DNA from: Bacteroidota bacterium
Lineage (GTDB): Bacteria; Bacteroidota; Bacteroidia; Chitinophagales; Chitinophagaceae
NCBI GenBank assembly: GCA_037975805.1
Contig: JBANFX010000017.1
Span: 5,569-69,568, forward strand
Length of the DNA: 64,000 nt
Direction: 5' to 3'
Shown: positions 31,524-41,385 of the stretch, piece by piece
Layout of the letters: each line of letters begins with the position of its first letter
Numbering within the stretch: position 1 is the first letter of the stretch
Notes under the pieces: model-generated
Told to the model about the DNA's origin: nothing
The model's input: the letters and a program-made list of their open reading frames with translations, nothing else
Database searches by the model: none
Translations under genes and position numbers: made by a program

Positions 31524-32009
31524 TTATGTTGTTTTTTTATGCACAGTTAAAGAATCTCCACATTCTTTCAACAATAACGTGTTGCTTTTGTCTAAAATTG
31601 GATGTAAATAATTTGGAGCGATTTCAGTCAAAGGCAATAAAACAAAACGACGCTCGGCAATTTTTGGATGTGGAATAGTCACCCTTTCATTGTTCACAAT
31701 TTCTTCATTAAAATAAATAATATCAATGTCAATTATTCTTGGGCCCAAAGGAATATTTCTTTCTCTTCCCATGTTTCTTTCAATTTGTAAAATCGCATCC
31801 ATTAACTCATTCGCACACAAATTGGTATGTATGAATACAGCTTGATTTAAAAAATCGGGTTGCTCTGTTAAACCCCAGGCAGCAGTTTCATATAGAGAAG
31901 AAATTTGGATTATTTTACCAAGATTTGTTCCTATCAAATTTAGCGCATTCTCTAAATTCGCCATTCGATCGCCCATATTGCCACCTATCAATAGGTATAC
32001 TTTGTTCAT
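31524..32009 (-). CDS. folK: 2-amino-4-hydroxy-6-hydroxymethyldihydropteridine diphosphokinase
   Basis: GGNMGDR, YETAAWG, FLNQA, GPRIIDIDI, PHP and RRFVL motifs. Confidence 0.95.
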   Translation of the reverse strand: MNKVYLLIGGNMGDRMANLENALNLIGTNLGKIIQISSLYETAAWGLTEQPDFLNQAVFIHTNLCANELMDAILQIERNMGRERNIPLGPRIIDIDIIYFNEEIVNNERVTIPHPKIAERRFVLLPLTEIAPNYLHPILDKSNTLLLKECGDSLTVHKKTT

Positions 32010-32111
32010 ATAAGGATGGTAAAAGTAGCTTAATTATTCATATTTTTACAGTCAAGTACACTATTTATTGTGCCTTTGTTTATTGCAAATCATTTTCTAT
32101 AATTACCACGT

Positions 32112-33869
32112 ATGAGTCAATTTTTCAAATCTTTCTTTGCTAGTTTACTGGCATTTTTCGTTTTTATTTTTTTAGGCTTCATGCTTTTGCTAGTGATTGT
32201 GGGTGCATTATCTTCTGAAGAAGAAGTGGTAGTCCCAGCAAATTCAGTTTTAGTGATTGATTTGTCGGAAAATTTTCCAGAACAAGTAAAAGAAGATGTT
32301 TATTCAGAATTGTTAAATAAGAAAAAAGGTAAAACGCCAAGTTTATCTGATTTAGTATCATTAATTCATTACGCAAAAACCGATTCGTCTATAAAAGGCA
32401 TTTATTTAAAATGTCAAGAAAATCCTAATGGATTTGCAGCGTCGGAAGAAATAAGAACTGCCCTGATGGATTTTAAAAAATCTAAAAAATTCATTATTGC
32501 CTTTGGGGAAACCATTTCTCAAAAAGGATATTGGATTGCTAATACGGCGGATCAAATTTACGCACATCCTCAAGGGGGTTTAGAATGGACAGGACTTTCA
32601 TACGAAACCATGTATTTAAAAGGATTACTCGATAAATTAGAGATTCAGCCGCAGGTTTTTTATGCGGGAAAATTTAAAAGTGCCACAGAGCCTTTTAGAT
32701 ATACCCAGATGTCAGAGGAAAATAAGTTGCAAACCAGCCAGTGGTTAAATGGAATGTATCAAAGTTTTATTGATGGAACTGCTGCGCAAAGAAATTTAAA
32801 TGGGGATACTTTAAAAATTTGGTCTAATGAAGCTTCAATTCAAACTCCCAATGATGCTGTTACCCATCACTTGATTGATGCTTTATATTATGATGATCAA
32901 GTTAAAAATGAAATTGCAAAAAAAGTAAAGGTTGCAAAATCTCAAAATATTTCATTTGTTACCATTAATCAATATGCTGCGGCAATTGCCATTAGGGGTA
33001 AAGGCAGTGATAAAGTGGCCGTTATTTATGCCGATGGTGATATAAATATGGGTAAATCCGATAAGGATGGAATTGCAAGTGATGAGTATCGTGCATTATT
33101 ACAAAGTGTTAAAAATGATAAAACCATTAGTGCTGTGGTTTTAAGAGTGAATTCGCCAGGCGGTAGCGCTTTGGCAAGTGACATTATTTGGAGAGAAATT
33201 GAATTACTCAAAAAAGTGAAACCTGTTGTTGTAAGCATGGGTAACTATGCGGCATCAGGTGGATATTATATTGCATGTAATGCCGATTCTATTTTTGCCA
33301 ATGCCAATACCATTACGGGTTCCATAGGAGTGTTTTCGGTGGTGCCTAATTTCGGCAACTTTATGAAAAACAAATTAGGTATTACCTATGATGGTGTAAA
33401 AACTTCAACCTATGCCGATTTCCCAACTACTTCTAGAGCCTTAAATGCAACTGAACAAAAGTTTATGCAAGCTGGAGTGGATAGCATTTATCATACTTTT
33501 AAATCAAGAGTCGCTGCAGGAAGAAAAAAATCAATTGAATACATAGATTCAATTGCACAAGGAAGGGTATGGACTGGAGCCGATGCATTAAAAGTGGGCT
33601 TGGTGGATAGAATTGGAAATTTAGATGACGCCATTGCTTCAGCGGCAAGAATGGCGAAGTTAAAATCCTACTCAATTAAATCATATCCTGAGAGAAAATC
33701 ATTTATTGAGGACTTTTTCAATGGTTATGAAGACAAAGTAAAAACCAAGGCCATAAAAGAGGAAATTGGAGCACAGGAATGGGAAGCTTTGAAGCAACTT
33801 AAATCCGTAAAACAAATGATGGGTCAACCACAAACACGATTGCCTATCTTTGTAGTGAACCACCCATAA
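32112..33869 (+). CDS. sppA: Signal peptide peptidase SppA (67K type)
   Basis: N-terminal TM segment, GKFKSA, RVNSPGGS, SMGNYAASGGY, TGSIGV and AQGRVWTG motifs. Confidence 0.95.
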   Translation: MSQFFKSFFASLLAFFVFIFLGFMLLLVIVGALSSEEEVVVPANSVLVIDLSENFPEQVKEDVYSELLNKKKGKTPSLSDLVSLIHYAKTDSSIKGIYLKCQENPNGFAASEEIRTALMDFKKSKKFIIAFGETISQKGYWIANTADQIYAHPQGGLEWTGLSYETMYLKGLLDKLEIQPQVFYAGKFKSATEPFRYTQMSEENKLQTSQWLNGMYQSFIDGTAAQRNLNGDTLKIWSNEASIQTPNDAVTHHLIDALYYDDQVKNEIAKKVKVAKSQNISFVTINQYAAAIAIRGKGSDKVAVIYADGDINMGKSDKDGIASDEYRALLQSVKNDKTISAVVLRVNSPGGSALASDIIWREIELLKKVKPVVVSMGNYAASGGYYIACNADSIFANANTITGSIGVFSVVPNFGNFMKNKLGITYDGVKTSTYADFPTTSRALNATEQKFMQAGVDSIYHTFKSRVAAGRKKSIEYIDSIAQGRVWTGADALKVGLVDRIGNLDDAIASAARMAKLKSYSIKSYPERKSFIEDFFNGYEDKVKTKAIKEEIGAQEWEALKQLKSVKQMMGQPQTRLPIFVVNHP

Positions 33870-33873
33870 TACC

Positions 33874-34977
33874 ATGCATTCTTATAGTCAACTAAAAGCC
33901 ATGCTTTCCATTACGAAAGCGAGTTTAAGATCAACTTTTAGAAGTCCTTCCGCTGTTGTATTTAGTGTAGCTTTCCCTTTGATTTTTATTTTAGTATTTG
34001 GATTCATGAGTAGTGGAGGGAATATTAATGTTAATGTGGCAATGGATCCTACATCTGATACATTAAATCCTATTTATGCAAGTATTCGACAAATACCTGG
34101 ATTAAAGTTTATACAAGGAGACAGTGCAAAAATTAAAAGCGAGTTATCCAAAGGACGCATTACTGCACTTATAAAGATTGAACCCACTGGAAATACAAAT
34201 GCACCTTATACTATTCACCTTATAAGTTCAGAAGCGGCTAATCCACAAAATGTGCAATTGGTAAAATCCATATTGAATGCAGTAATTGGAAAATTAAACA
34301 ATACTACGTACCCCAATGCACCCACCATTGCAACCGTAAACAATACAGTGCAGCAAGTTCCTGGAAGAATATACAGAACCATTGATTTTATTTTGCCGGG
34401 GCAAATGGGATTTTCGTTATTAAGCGCTGGAGTTTTTGGAGTTGCTTTTTTGTTTTTTAATTTAAGACAGCAATTGGTATTGAAACGTTTTTATGCAACC
34501 CCTATAAGAAGATTATACATTATTTTGGGAGAAGCCTTAAGTCGTGTCACTTTTCAATTAATTACTGCAATTGTCATAATTAGTATTGGACATTTTGCTT
34601 TCAAGTTTACACTCGTACATGGATTAAGTACTTTTTTAAGCATAATGGTTTTAAGTTTTATAGCCTTGGTATTATTTATGGGTTTTGGATTTATCGTAAG
34701 TGGAGTTGCCAAAAGTGAAAGTACAATTCCCCCCTTAGCCAATTTGTTTACCCTCCCTCAGTTTTTATTGGCGGGCACTTTTTTCTCTATTGATAATTTT
34801 CCAACTTGGATGCAGCCTTTATGTAGAATATTGCCACTAACTCATTTTAACAATGCAATGCGTGATATTTCTTTTGAAGGTAATAGTTTAATGGATTCTT
34901 GGGGAGACATTTCGGTATTATTAATTTGGATTGTAGTAGTATATGCTGCTGCATTTAAAATATTTAAATGGGAATAA
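33874..34977 (+). CDS. ABC-2 type transporter permease
   Basis: N-terminal TM, extracytoplasmic domain, FILPG, LKRFYATP and RILPLT motifs. Confidence 0.85.
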   Translation: MHSYSQLKAMLSITKASLRSTFRSPSAVVFSVAFPLIFILVFGFMSSGGNINVNVAMDPTSDTLNPIYASIRQIPGLKFIQGDSAKIKSELSKGRITALIKIEPTGNTNAPYTIHLISSEAANPQNVQLVKSILNAVIGKLNNTTYPNAPTIATVNNTVQQVPGRIYRTIDFILPGQMGFSLLSAGVFGVAFLFFNLRQQLVLKRFYATPIRRLYIILGEALSRVTFQLITAIVIISIGHFAFKFTLVHGLSTFLSIMVLSFIALVLFMGFGFIVSGVAKSESTIPPLANLFTLPQFLLAGTFFSIDNFPTWMQPLCRILPLTHFNNAMRDISFEGNSLMDSWGDISVLLIWIVVVYAAAFKIFKWE

Positions 34978-35472
34978 ATGCGATTAATTAAGTTAGTAGT
35001 AATAAGCTTCATTGTGCTTGCCTTATTGGTAACAGCTTTGTCTTTATTATTTCCGTCTACTGTTATTGTTTCAAGGGCCATTGAAGTAAACGCTCCTGCT
35101 AATGAAATACAAAAAAATGCGGGTAATTTAAAAAATTGGGGTGCATGGATGAGTGATTTCAAACAAAACAAAGTGGAATGGAAAGGAGACACTGTTTTGA
35201 TTGGTACACAAACTATTCATTTAATTACAACCACCGAAAATTCAGCTACATTTAATTGGGTGGCCACTGGACAAAGACCTTATACAGTTAAAATTGAATG
35301 GATCCCGCTGCAAAAAGGGATTTATGTTATTCATTGGTCTTTTGAACAACATGTAAAATGGTATCCTTGGGAAAAATTCCAAACCTTACTCAATGAAAAA
35401 GTATTGGGTTATAAAATGGAAACTGAACTTGCTAATTTGCGCGATTTATTGCTTCAAGTAAATAACAAGTAG
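34978..35472 (+). CDS. SRPBCC/START-like family membrane-anchored protein
   Basis: N-terminal TM, then SRAIEVNAP...LKNWGAW and KWYPWEKF. Confidence 0.6.
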   Translation: MRLIKLVVISFIVLALLVTALSLLFPSTVIVSRAIEVNAPANEIQKNAGNLKNWGAWMSDFKQNKVEWKGDTVLIGTQTIHLITTTENSATFNWVATGQRPYTVKIEWIPLQKGIYVIHWSFEQHVKWYPWEKFQTLLNEKVLGYKMETELANLRDLLLQVNNK

Positions 35473-35497
35473 AACTATTTGCAAAAAATATTTTAAA

Positions 35498-36442
35498 TTA
35501 TTTTTCTTTCTGTTCCTTCAAAAATTGAATGTTCCTTTGTATTCCTTTCAATTTTGATCTTAAAATGGGTGATTTCTTAAATCTTGATTTAAAGGTAGTT
35601 TCTTCCATTTCCATCCAGTCATCTGCTTTCATTTGCAATAAACCATTTAATGGCTTGAACTTATGTTCATAATGTTGTTGACTAAAACGATTCCAAGGAC
35701 AAACATCTTGACAAATGTCGCATCCAAAAGCCCAATCTTGATAAGGTCGATTGGTTTCAATTTTTTCTTTTTTTAATTCAATGGTAAAGTAACTAATGCA
35801 ATGATTGGCTTCAATGGTTTTATTGGGAAGAATTGCTTGCGTTGGACAGGCGTCAATACATTTGGTGCATTCGCCACAATAATCCTTAGGCATGGGATCA
35901 TCGTAAATTAATTCTAGGTCAACAATAAGCGTAGCAATAAAAAAGAAAGACCCTGCTTTGTGTCGAATTAAATTTCCATTTTTACCAATCCATCCTGCTC
36001 CTGATAATTGTGCCCAAGCTTTTTCTAAAACGGGAGCAGAATCAACAAATCCTCGCCCTTCAATGGGCCCAATCATTGATCGCATGGTATCTAAAAATTC
36101 AAATAATTGTTGTCTTATTACTTCATGATAATCCTCGCCGTATGCATACTTGGCAATTTTAGCATCCTGTGTATCAGCCGCATTTAAAGCATCATTTGAA
36201 GGGTAATAGTTTTTTAAAAAAGTAATTACAGATTTTGCGCCGGGTACTAGTTTTCTTGGGTCTACTCTTAAATCAAAATTATTTTCCATATAAGACATCT
36301 CACCATGATATCCTTTTTCAAGCCACGACTCAAGTCGCTTTGCATCCTCGGTTAACGCTTTGGCTTTGGCAATACCACAATAGTCAAAGCTCATTTGAGC
36401 CGCTAGCTCTTTTATAAAAACGGTATTTGAGTATTCATTCAC
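35498..36442 (-). CDS. queG: tRNA epoxyqueuosine(34) reductase QueG
   Basis: YAYGEDYH, VDSAPVLE, GWIGKN, CGECTKCIDACPT and GCDICQDVCPWN motifs; GTG start. Confidence 0.95.
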   Translation of the reverse strand: MNEYSNTVFIKELAAQMSFDYCGIAKAKALTEDAKRLESWLEKGYHGEMSYMENNFDLRVDPRKLVPGAKSVITFLKNYYPSNDALNAADTQDAKIAKYAYGEDYHEVIRQQLFEFLDTMRSMIGPIEGRGFVDSAPVLEKAWAQLSGAGWIGKNGNLIRHKAGSFFFIATLIVDLELIYDDPMPKDYCGECTKCIDACPTQAILPNKTIEANHCISYFTIELKKEKIETNRPYQDWAFGCDICQDVCPWNRFSQQHYEHKFKPLNGLLQMKADDWMEMEETTFKSRFKKSPILRSKLKGIQRNIQFLKEQKEK

Positions 36443-36504
36443 GCTGTAAAAATAGCAGAAAAACCTTGATGGGACTGACTTTTATTCCGTTTTAAGTTAA
36501 ATTA

Positions 36505-36546
36505 TATGACATTATAACTTATATCATAGATTGGCGCTTGATTTGA
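36505..36546 (+). promoter_or_regulatory. Putative clpB control region: inverted repeat TATGACAT-N8-ATATCATA plus a sigma54-like TGGCGC-N5-TTGA element
   Basis: Inverted repeat at 36505-36512 and 36521-36528 (one mismatch). TGGCGCTTGATTTGA at 36532-36546. Confidence 0.4.
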
Positions 36547-36573
36547 GCATACTTTACTATAAACAACATAATT

Positions 36574-39177
36574 ATGAATTTAAATCAATATACTATTAAA
36601 GCGCAGGAAGCAATCCAGGCAGCACAGCAATTGGCTTATAACAATGGTAATACGTCCATTGAAACGGCACATTTGTTAAAAGCCATTTTACTGGATAAGG
36701 ACAGCTCCACTGAGTTTTTATTAAAAAAGAATAATGTAAATCCGGTTTTGGTGTTGCAAAAAACCGATGAAACCATTTCTGGTTTAGCAAAGCAACAAAC
36801 AGGGGAACCTGCCTCTAATTTAAGTAGAGACTTAAATGCAGTATTGTTAAAATCAAATGCCGCACTTAAAACCTTTGGGGACGAATTTGTCACAGTAGAA
36901 CATTTAATGATTGCATTATTGCAAGTAAATGATGTTTGCGGTAAAATATTAAAAGATGCAGGACTTACCGAAAAAGGGTTAGTTGCTGTCATTAAAGAAT
37001 TACGAAAAGGATCCACTGTTAACTCCGCAACACAGGAAACACAATTTCAATCCTTGTCAAAATATGCGAAGAACTTAAATGATTTGGCAAACAAAGGAAA
37101 ATTAGACCCGGTAATTGGTCGTGATGAAGAAATTAGAAGAACCTTGCATATACTTTCCCGCAGAAGCAAAAACAATCCCATTTTAGTGGGTGAGCCTGGT
37201 GTGGGTAAAACTGCGATCGCCGAAGGATTGGCAATGCGTGTTGTTAATGGCGATGTACCCGATAATTTAAAAAGTAAAATTATTTATGCCTTGGATATGG
37301 GGCAATTAATTGCAGGTGCAAAGTACAAGGGAGAATTTGAAGAGCGTTTAAAAGGAGTGGTAAAAGAAGTAGCTGACAGTGATGGTGAAGTAATATTATT
37401 TATAGATGAGATACATACATTAGTGGGTGCCGGTGGTGGTGAAGGTGCTATGGATGCGGCTAATATTTTAAAACCTGCTTTAGCAAGGGGTGAGTTGAGA
37501 GCGATAGGTGCTACCACATTAGCGGAGTATCAAAAGTTTTTTGAAAAAGACAAAGCATTGGAGCGTCGTTTTCAGAAAGTAATGATTGACGAGCCTACAA
37601 AAGAAGATGCCATTTCAATTTTAAGAGGACTCAAGGAGCGTTATGAAACGCATCACCATGTGCGTATTAAGGATGAAGCCATTATTGCCGCAGTTGAACT
37701 TTCTAGTAGATATATAACCGATCGTTTTTTACCCGATAAGGCCATTGATTTAATTGATGAAAGTGCCGCAAAATTACGCCTAGAAATGAATTCAATGCCA
37801 GAGGAGTTGGATACTTTAATGCGCCAAATACGTCAATTAGAAATTGAAAGAGAAGCTATTAAAAGAGAGGAAAATCCAGAGCAATTAAAGGCTTTGAATA
37901 TTGAAATTAGCAATTTAACTGTCCAGCAGGATACATTGAAAGCAAAATGGACCGAAGAAAAAGAAATTGTAGATAAGGTTCAAAAAGCAAAATCTGATAT
38001 TGAAAAATTAAAACAAGAGGCAGAAGTTGCTGAGCGAAATGGAGATTATGGAAAAGTAGCAGAAATCAGATACGGCAAAGTGAAAGAGCAGGAATCTAAT
38101 TTGGAACAGTTTACAATTCAGTTAAATGAATTAGGCGTAAATGGCAATCGTTTAATGAAGGAAGAAGTGGATGCCGAAGACATTGCAGAGAATGTTGCCA
38201 AGGCGACGGGCATTCCTGTAAGTAAAATGATACAATCGGAAAGAGAAAAGTTATTGCATTTGGAAGAAGAATTGCATAAGCGTGTCGTTGGTCAGGAAGA
38301 GGCCATTACAGCAGTATCCGATGCCATTCGAAGAAGCAGGGCTGGGTTGCAAGATCCAAAAAAGCCAATTGGCTCCTTTATATTTTTAGGAACAACTGGG
38401 GTTGGTAAAACCGAATTGGCGAAAGCTTTAGCCGAGTATTTATTTGATGATGATTCCATGATGACGCGAATTGATATGAGTGAATATCAGGAGAAGCATT
38501 CTGTTTCAAGATTAGTAGGCGCCCCTCCAGGATACGTTGGATATGATGAAGGTGGACAACTAACGGAGGCGGTACGAAGAAAACCATACAGCGTGGTTTT
38601 GTTAGACGAAATTGAAAAAGCGCATCCTGATGTATGGAACATATTATTGCAGGTTTTGGATGATGGGCATTTAACAGATAATAAAGGTAGAACAGTAAAT
38701 TTTAAGAACACCATTATTATCATGACTTCAAATATTGGAAGCCATATTATTCAAGAAACCTTTGAAGGGGTTACCGATAAAAACTTGGAATCAAAAGTAG
38801 AGCAATCCAAGGCGGAGGTAATGACTTTATTGAAGCAAACTATTCGTCCCGAATTTTTAAATAGAGTAGATGAGATTATCATGTTCTCTCCATTATTGCA
38901 AAAACAAATGGCTGCCATTGTGAAAATACAATTGAATAATTTAAAACATTTGGTTGCTGAAAATGGTATGCAAATTGAGTTTAGTAATTATTTGGTTGAA
39001 TTTTTATCCGAGCAAGGGTTTGATATGCAATTTGGGGCAAGACCTTTAAAAAGGCTAATACAAAAGATGGTAGTGAATGAATTGAGCAAGAAAATTTTGA
39101 GTGGTGAGATTGACAAGACAAGAAAAGTACTGATAGATATTTTTGATGGCCTAATTGTTTTCAGGAACGAAGCCTAA
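36574..39177 (+). CDS. clpB: ATP-dependent chaperone ClpB
   Basis: Two AAA+ domains (GEPGVGKT and GTTGVGKT), [10 protein letters not shown], a coiled-coil M domain, RIDMSEY and GARPLKR; 867 aa. Confidence 0.97.
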   Translation: MNLNQYTIKAQEAIQAAQQLAYNNGNTSIETAHLLKAILLDKDSSTEFLLKKNNVNPVLVLQKTDETISGLAKQQTGEPASNLSRDLNAVLLKSNAALKTFGDEFVTVEHLMIALLQVNDVCGKILKDAGLTEKGLVAVIKELRKGSTVNSATQETQFQSLSKYAKNLNDLANKGKLDPVIGRDEEIRRTLHILSRRSKNNPILVGEPGVGKTAIAEGLAMRVVNGDVPDNLKSKIIYALDMGQLIAGAKYKGEFEERLKGVVKEVADSDGEVILFIDEIHTLVGAGGGEGAMDAANILKPALARGELRAIGATTLAEYQKFFEKDKALERRFQKVMIDEPTKEDAISILRGLKERYETHHHVRIKDEAIIAAVELSSRYITDRFLPDKAIDLIDESAAKLRLEMNSMPEELDTLMRQIRQLEIEREAIKREENPEQLKALNIEISNLTVQQDTLKAKWTEEKEIVDKVQKAKSDIEKLKQEAEVAERNGDYGKVAEIRYGKVKEQESNLEQFTIQLNELGVNGNRLMKEEVDAEDIAENVAKATGIPVSKMIQSEREKLLHLEEELHKRVVGQEEAITAVSDAIRRSRAGLQDPKKPIGSFIFLGTTGVGKTELAKALAEYLFDDDSMMTRIDMSEYQEKHSVSRLVGAPPGYVGYDEGGQLTEAVRRKPYSVVLLDEIEKAHPDVWNILLQVLDDGHLTDNKGRTVNFKNTIIIMTSNIGSHIIQETFEGVTDKNLESKVEQSKAEVMTLLKQTIRPEFLNRVDEIIMFSPLLQKQMAAIVKIQLNNLKHLVAENGMQIEFSNYLVEFLSEQGFDMQFGARPLKRLIQKMVVNELSKKILSGEIDKTRKVLIDIFDGLIVFRNEA

Positions 39178-39182
39178 ATTTT

Positions 39183-39217
39183 AAAAGCCCTGTCTATTTT
39201 AGACGGGGCTTTTTTTT
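39183..39217 (+). terminator. Intrinsic terminator after clpB
   Basis: AAAAGCCCTGTCTA-ttt-TAGACGGGGCTTTTTTTT. Confidence 0.88.
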
Positions 39218-39233
39218 GTATATTTACGCCACT

Positions 39234-40493
39234 ATGGTAAAAAATAATAGAGAAGCAGCAGTTGGTTTTATTTTCATAACCATCTTAATTGATGTGATTG
39301 GTTTTGGAATCATAATTCCGGTAGTGCCACAGCTATTACAAGATTTCTATCATATCACAGACCGAAAAAATGTAGGTGCTATTGAACAACCCTTATTGTA
39401 TTTAACTTCAATTTATGCGGTAATGCAATTTATTTTTGCGCCCATTTTTGGAAGTTTAAGTGATCAGTATGGCCGACGTCCTATTTTGCTACTATCCTTA
39501 TTGGGTTTTGGTATTGATTATATTTTTTTAGCATTAGCTCCCTCTGTGGGATGGTTGTTTGTAGGAAGAATGTTTGCAGGTATTACGGGTGCAAGTATTC
39601 CTACAGCAGCAGCATATATGGCAGATATTAGTGATGAATCCAATAGAGCGAAAAATTTTGGGATGATTGGTGCGGCATTTGGAATTGGCTTTATTATTGG
39701 TCCATTGATTGGCGGCTTATTAGGGCATATAGGATTGCGCGTCCCATTTTTCATGGCTGCTTTCTTAGCATTTGTGAATGCATTGTATGGTTATTTTATT
39801 TTGCCAGAATCATTGAGTTTGGAACACCGAAGAAAATTTAATATTAAGAAAGCCAATCCTATTGGTGCTTTAAAAAACTTAAAAAAGTATCCAGCTGTAT
39901 TTGGTTTAATTATTGCCATGTTTTTTATTTACATAGCAGCGCATTCAGTTCAAAGTAATTGGAGTTTAGCCAATATGAGTAAGTTTGGTTGGGAACCAAG
40001 AACCATCGGGATCTCGCTTGGGGTAGTGGGTTTATTGGTAGGGTTGGTTCAAGGTGTATTAATTAGGTATGTAAATCCAAAATTAGGAAATGAGAAAAGC
40101 GTTTACTTGGGAATATTACTTTCTGCGCTTGGCTTAATATTATTCGCGTTTGCATCTGAAAGTTGGATGATGTTTGTATTCTTGATTCCGTATTGTTTAG
40201 GGGGTATTTCTGGACCAGCTTTGCAGTCTTTAATTTCTATACATGTTGCTAAAAATGAGCAGGGTGAATTGCAAGGTTCATTAACTGGCTTACAAAGTTT
40301 AACAGCAATTTTTGGCCCACCTTTAATGATTTGGTTAACCACAAGTTTTTCTACCAAAAACAATTTCTTACATCTTTATTTCCCGGGGGCAGCATTTTTT
40401 GCTGGTGCAATTTTCATGCTTATTAGTTCGATCATTGCTTATTTAGTGTTAAAAAATGATCCAATCGTTCATACCAAGGAACCTAAGGGGTAG
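39234..40493 (+). CDS. TCR/Tet (TetA-like, DHA1) MFS transporter
   Basis: IDVIGFGIIIPV, GSLSDQYGRRP (motif A), GRMFAGITGAS and GFIIGPLIGG (motif C). Start at ATG 39234. Confidence 0.88.
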   Translation: MVKNNREAAVGFIFITILIDVIGFGIIIPVVPQLLQDFYHITDRKNVGAIEQPLLYLTSIYAVMQFIFAPIFGSLSDQYGRRPILLLSLLGFGIDYIFLALAPSVGWLFVGRMFAGITGASIPTAAAYMADISDESNRAKNFGMIGAAFGIGFIIGPLIGGLLGHIGLRVPFFMAAFLAFVNALYGYFILPESLSLEHRRKFNIKKANPIGALKNLKKYPAVFGLIIAMFFIYIAAHSVQSNWSLANMSKFGWEPRTIGISLGVVGLLVGLVQGVLIRYVNPKLGNEKSVYLGILLSALGLILFAFASESWMMFVFLIPYCLGGISGPALQSLISIHVAKNEQGELQGSLTGLQSLTAIFGPPLMIWLTTSFSTKNNFLHLYFPGAAFFAGAIFMLISSIIAYLVLKNDPIVHTKEPKG

Positions 40494-40497
40494 TTTT

Positions 40498-40515
40498 GCC
40501 CATTTAATGGGCTTT
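40498..40515 (+). terminator. Weak hairpin/possible terminator after the MFS gene
   Basis: GCCCAT-tta-ATGGGC-TTT. Confidence 0.4.
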
Positions 40516-40549
40516 GGTTGCTATATTTGTGTCCAAATTAAAGAACCAT

Positions 40550-41374
40550 ATGACGCAATTAATGACACAGTTACACGAGACTAGAAATTTTATTAAATCT
40601 AAAGTAAGTGAGACTGCCACCACTGCAATTATATTAGGAAGTGGATTAGGAAATTTGGCAACCAAAATAGAGGTTGATTTTGAAATTCCTTACAAGGATA
40701 TTCCACATTTTCCTGTGAGTACAGTTGAAGGCCATAAGGGTCGTTTAGTTTTAGGGAAATTAAATGGCAAAAAAGTATGGGTGATGGAAGGGAGATTCCA
40801 CTTTTACGAAGGGTATACGCCCGAGCAAGTAGTTTATCCGGTTAGAGTATTAAAATTATTAGGGGTTGAAAATTTATTACTATCCAATGCTGCAGGTGGT
40901 GTAAATGCAAATTATGCAGTGGGTGATTTAATGATTTTAAGAGACCATATAAGTTTGTTTACTGTAAATCCGTTGTTAGGTAAAAATGAAGCTGAATTAG
41001 GAACTCGATTCCCTGATATGAGCGAACCTTATGCTAATGTGTTTATTCAAAAAGCAAAAGCCATAGCAACTGCCAATAATATTCATTTACACGAAGGTGT
41101 TTATGTAGGGGTGACAGGTCCAACATTTGAAACCAGAGCGGAGTATAAATTAATTAAAGCAGTTGGGGGTGATGTTGTAGGTATGAGTACTGTGCAGGAA
41201 AATATTGCAGCCGTTCATTGTGGAATGAAAGTTTTTGCTATGAGTGTAGTTACTGATTTGGGTATTCGTGAGGATAACAATGTAATTACACATGAAGAGG
41301 TGTTAGAAGCTGCAAATGCCGCTGAACCAAAACTTACATTAATATTTAGTGAGTTGTTAAAAGAAATCGCATAA
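40550..41374 (+). CDS. Purine-nucleoside phosphorylase (trimeric type)
   Basis: ILGSGLG, STVEGHKG, GRFHFYEG, NAAGG, GPTFET, VGMSTV and HEEV motifs. Start moved to ATG 40550, downstream of TATATTTG at 40522-40529. Confidence 0.93.
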   Translation: MTQLMTQLHETRNFIKSKVSETATTAIILGSGLGNLATKIEVDFEIPYKDIPHFPVSTVEGHKGRLVLGKLNGKKVWVMEGRFHFYEGYTPEQVVYPVRVLKLLGVENLLLSNAAGGVNANYAVGDLMILRDHISLFTVNPLLGKNEAELGTRFPDMSEPYANVFIQKAKAIATANNIHLHEGVYVGVTGPTFETRAEYKLIKAVGGDVVGMSTVQENIAAVHCGMKVFAMSVVTDLGIREDNNVITHEEVLEAANAAEPKLTLIFSELLKEIA

Positions 41375-41385
41375 TTATTAAATGC

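Noticed and set aside
39234-40493. Acquired tetracycline resistance determinant
   Set aside because: It has TetA-like family motifs only, with no tetR, no mobile context and no obvious compositional difference. Substrate cannot be inferred.
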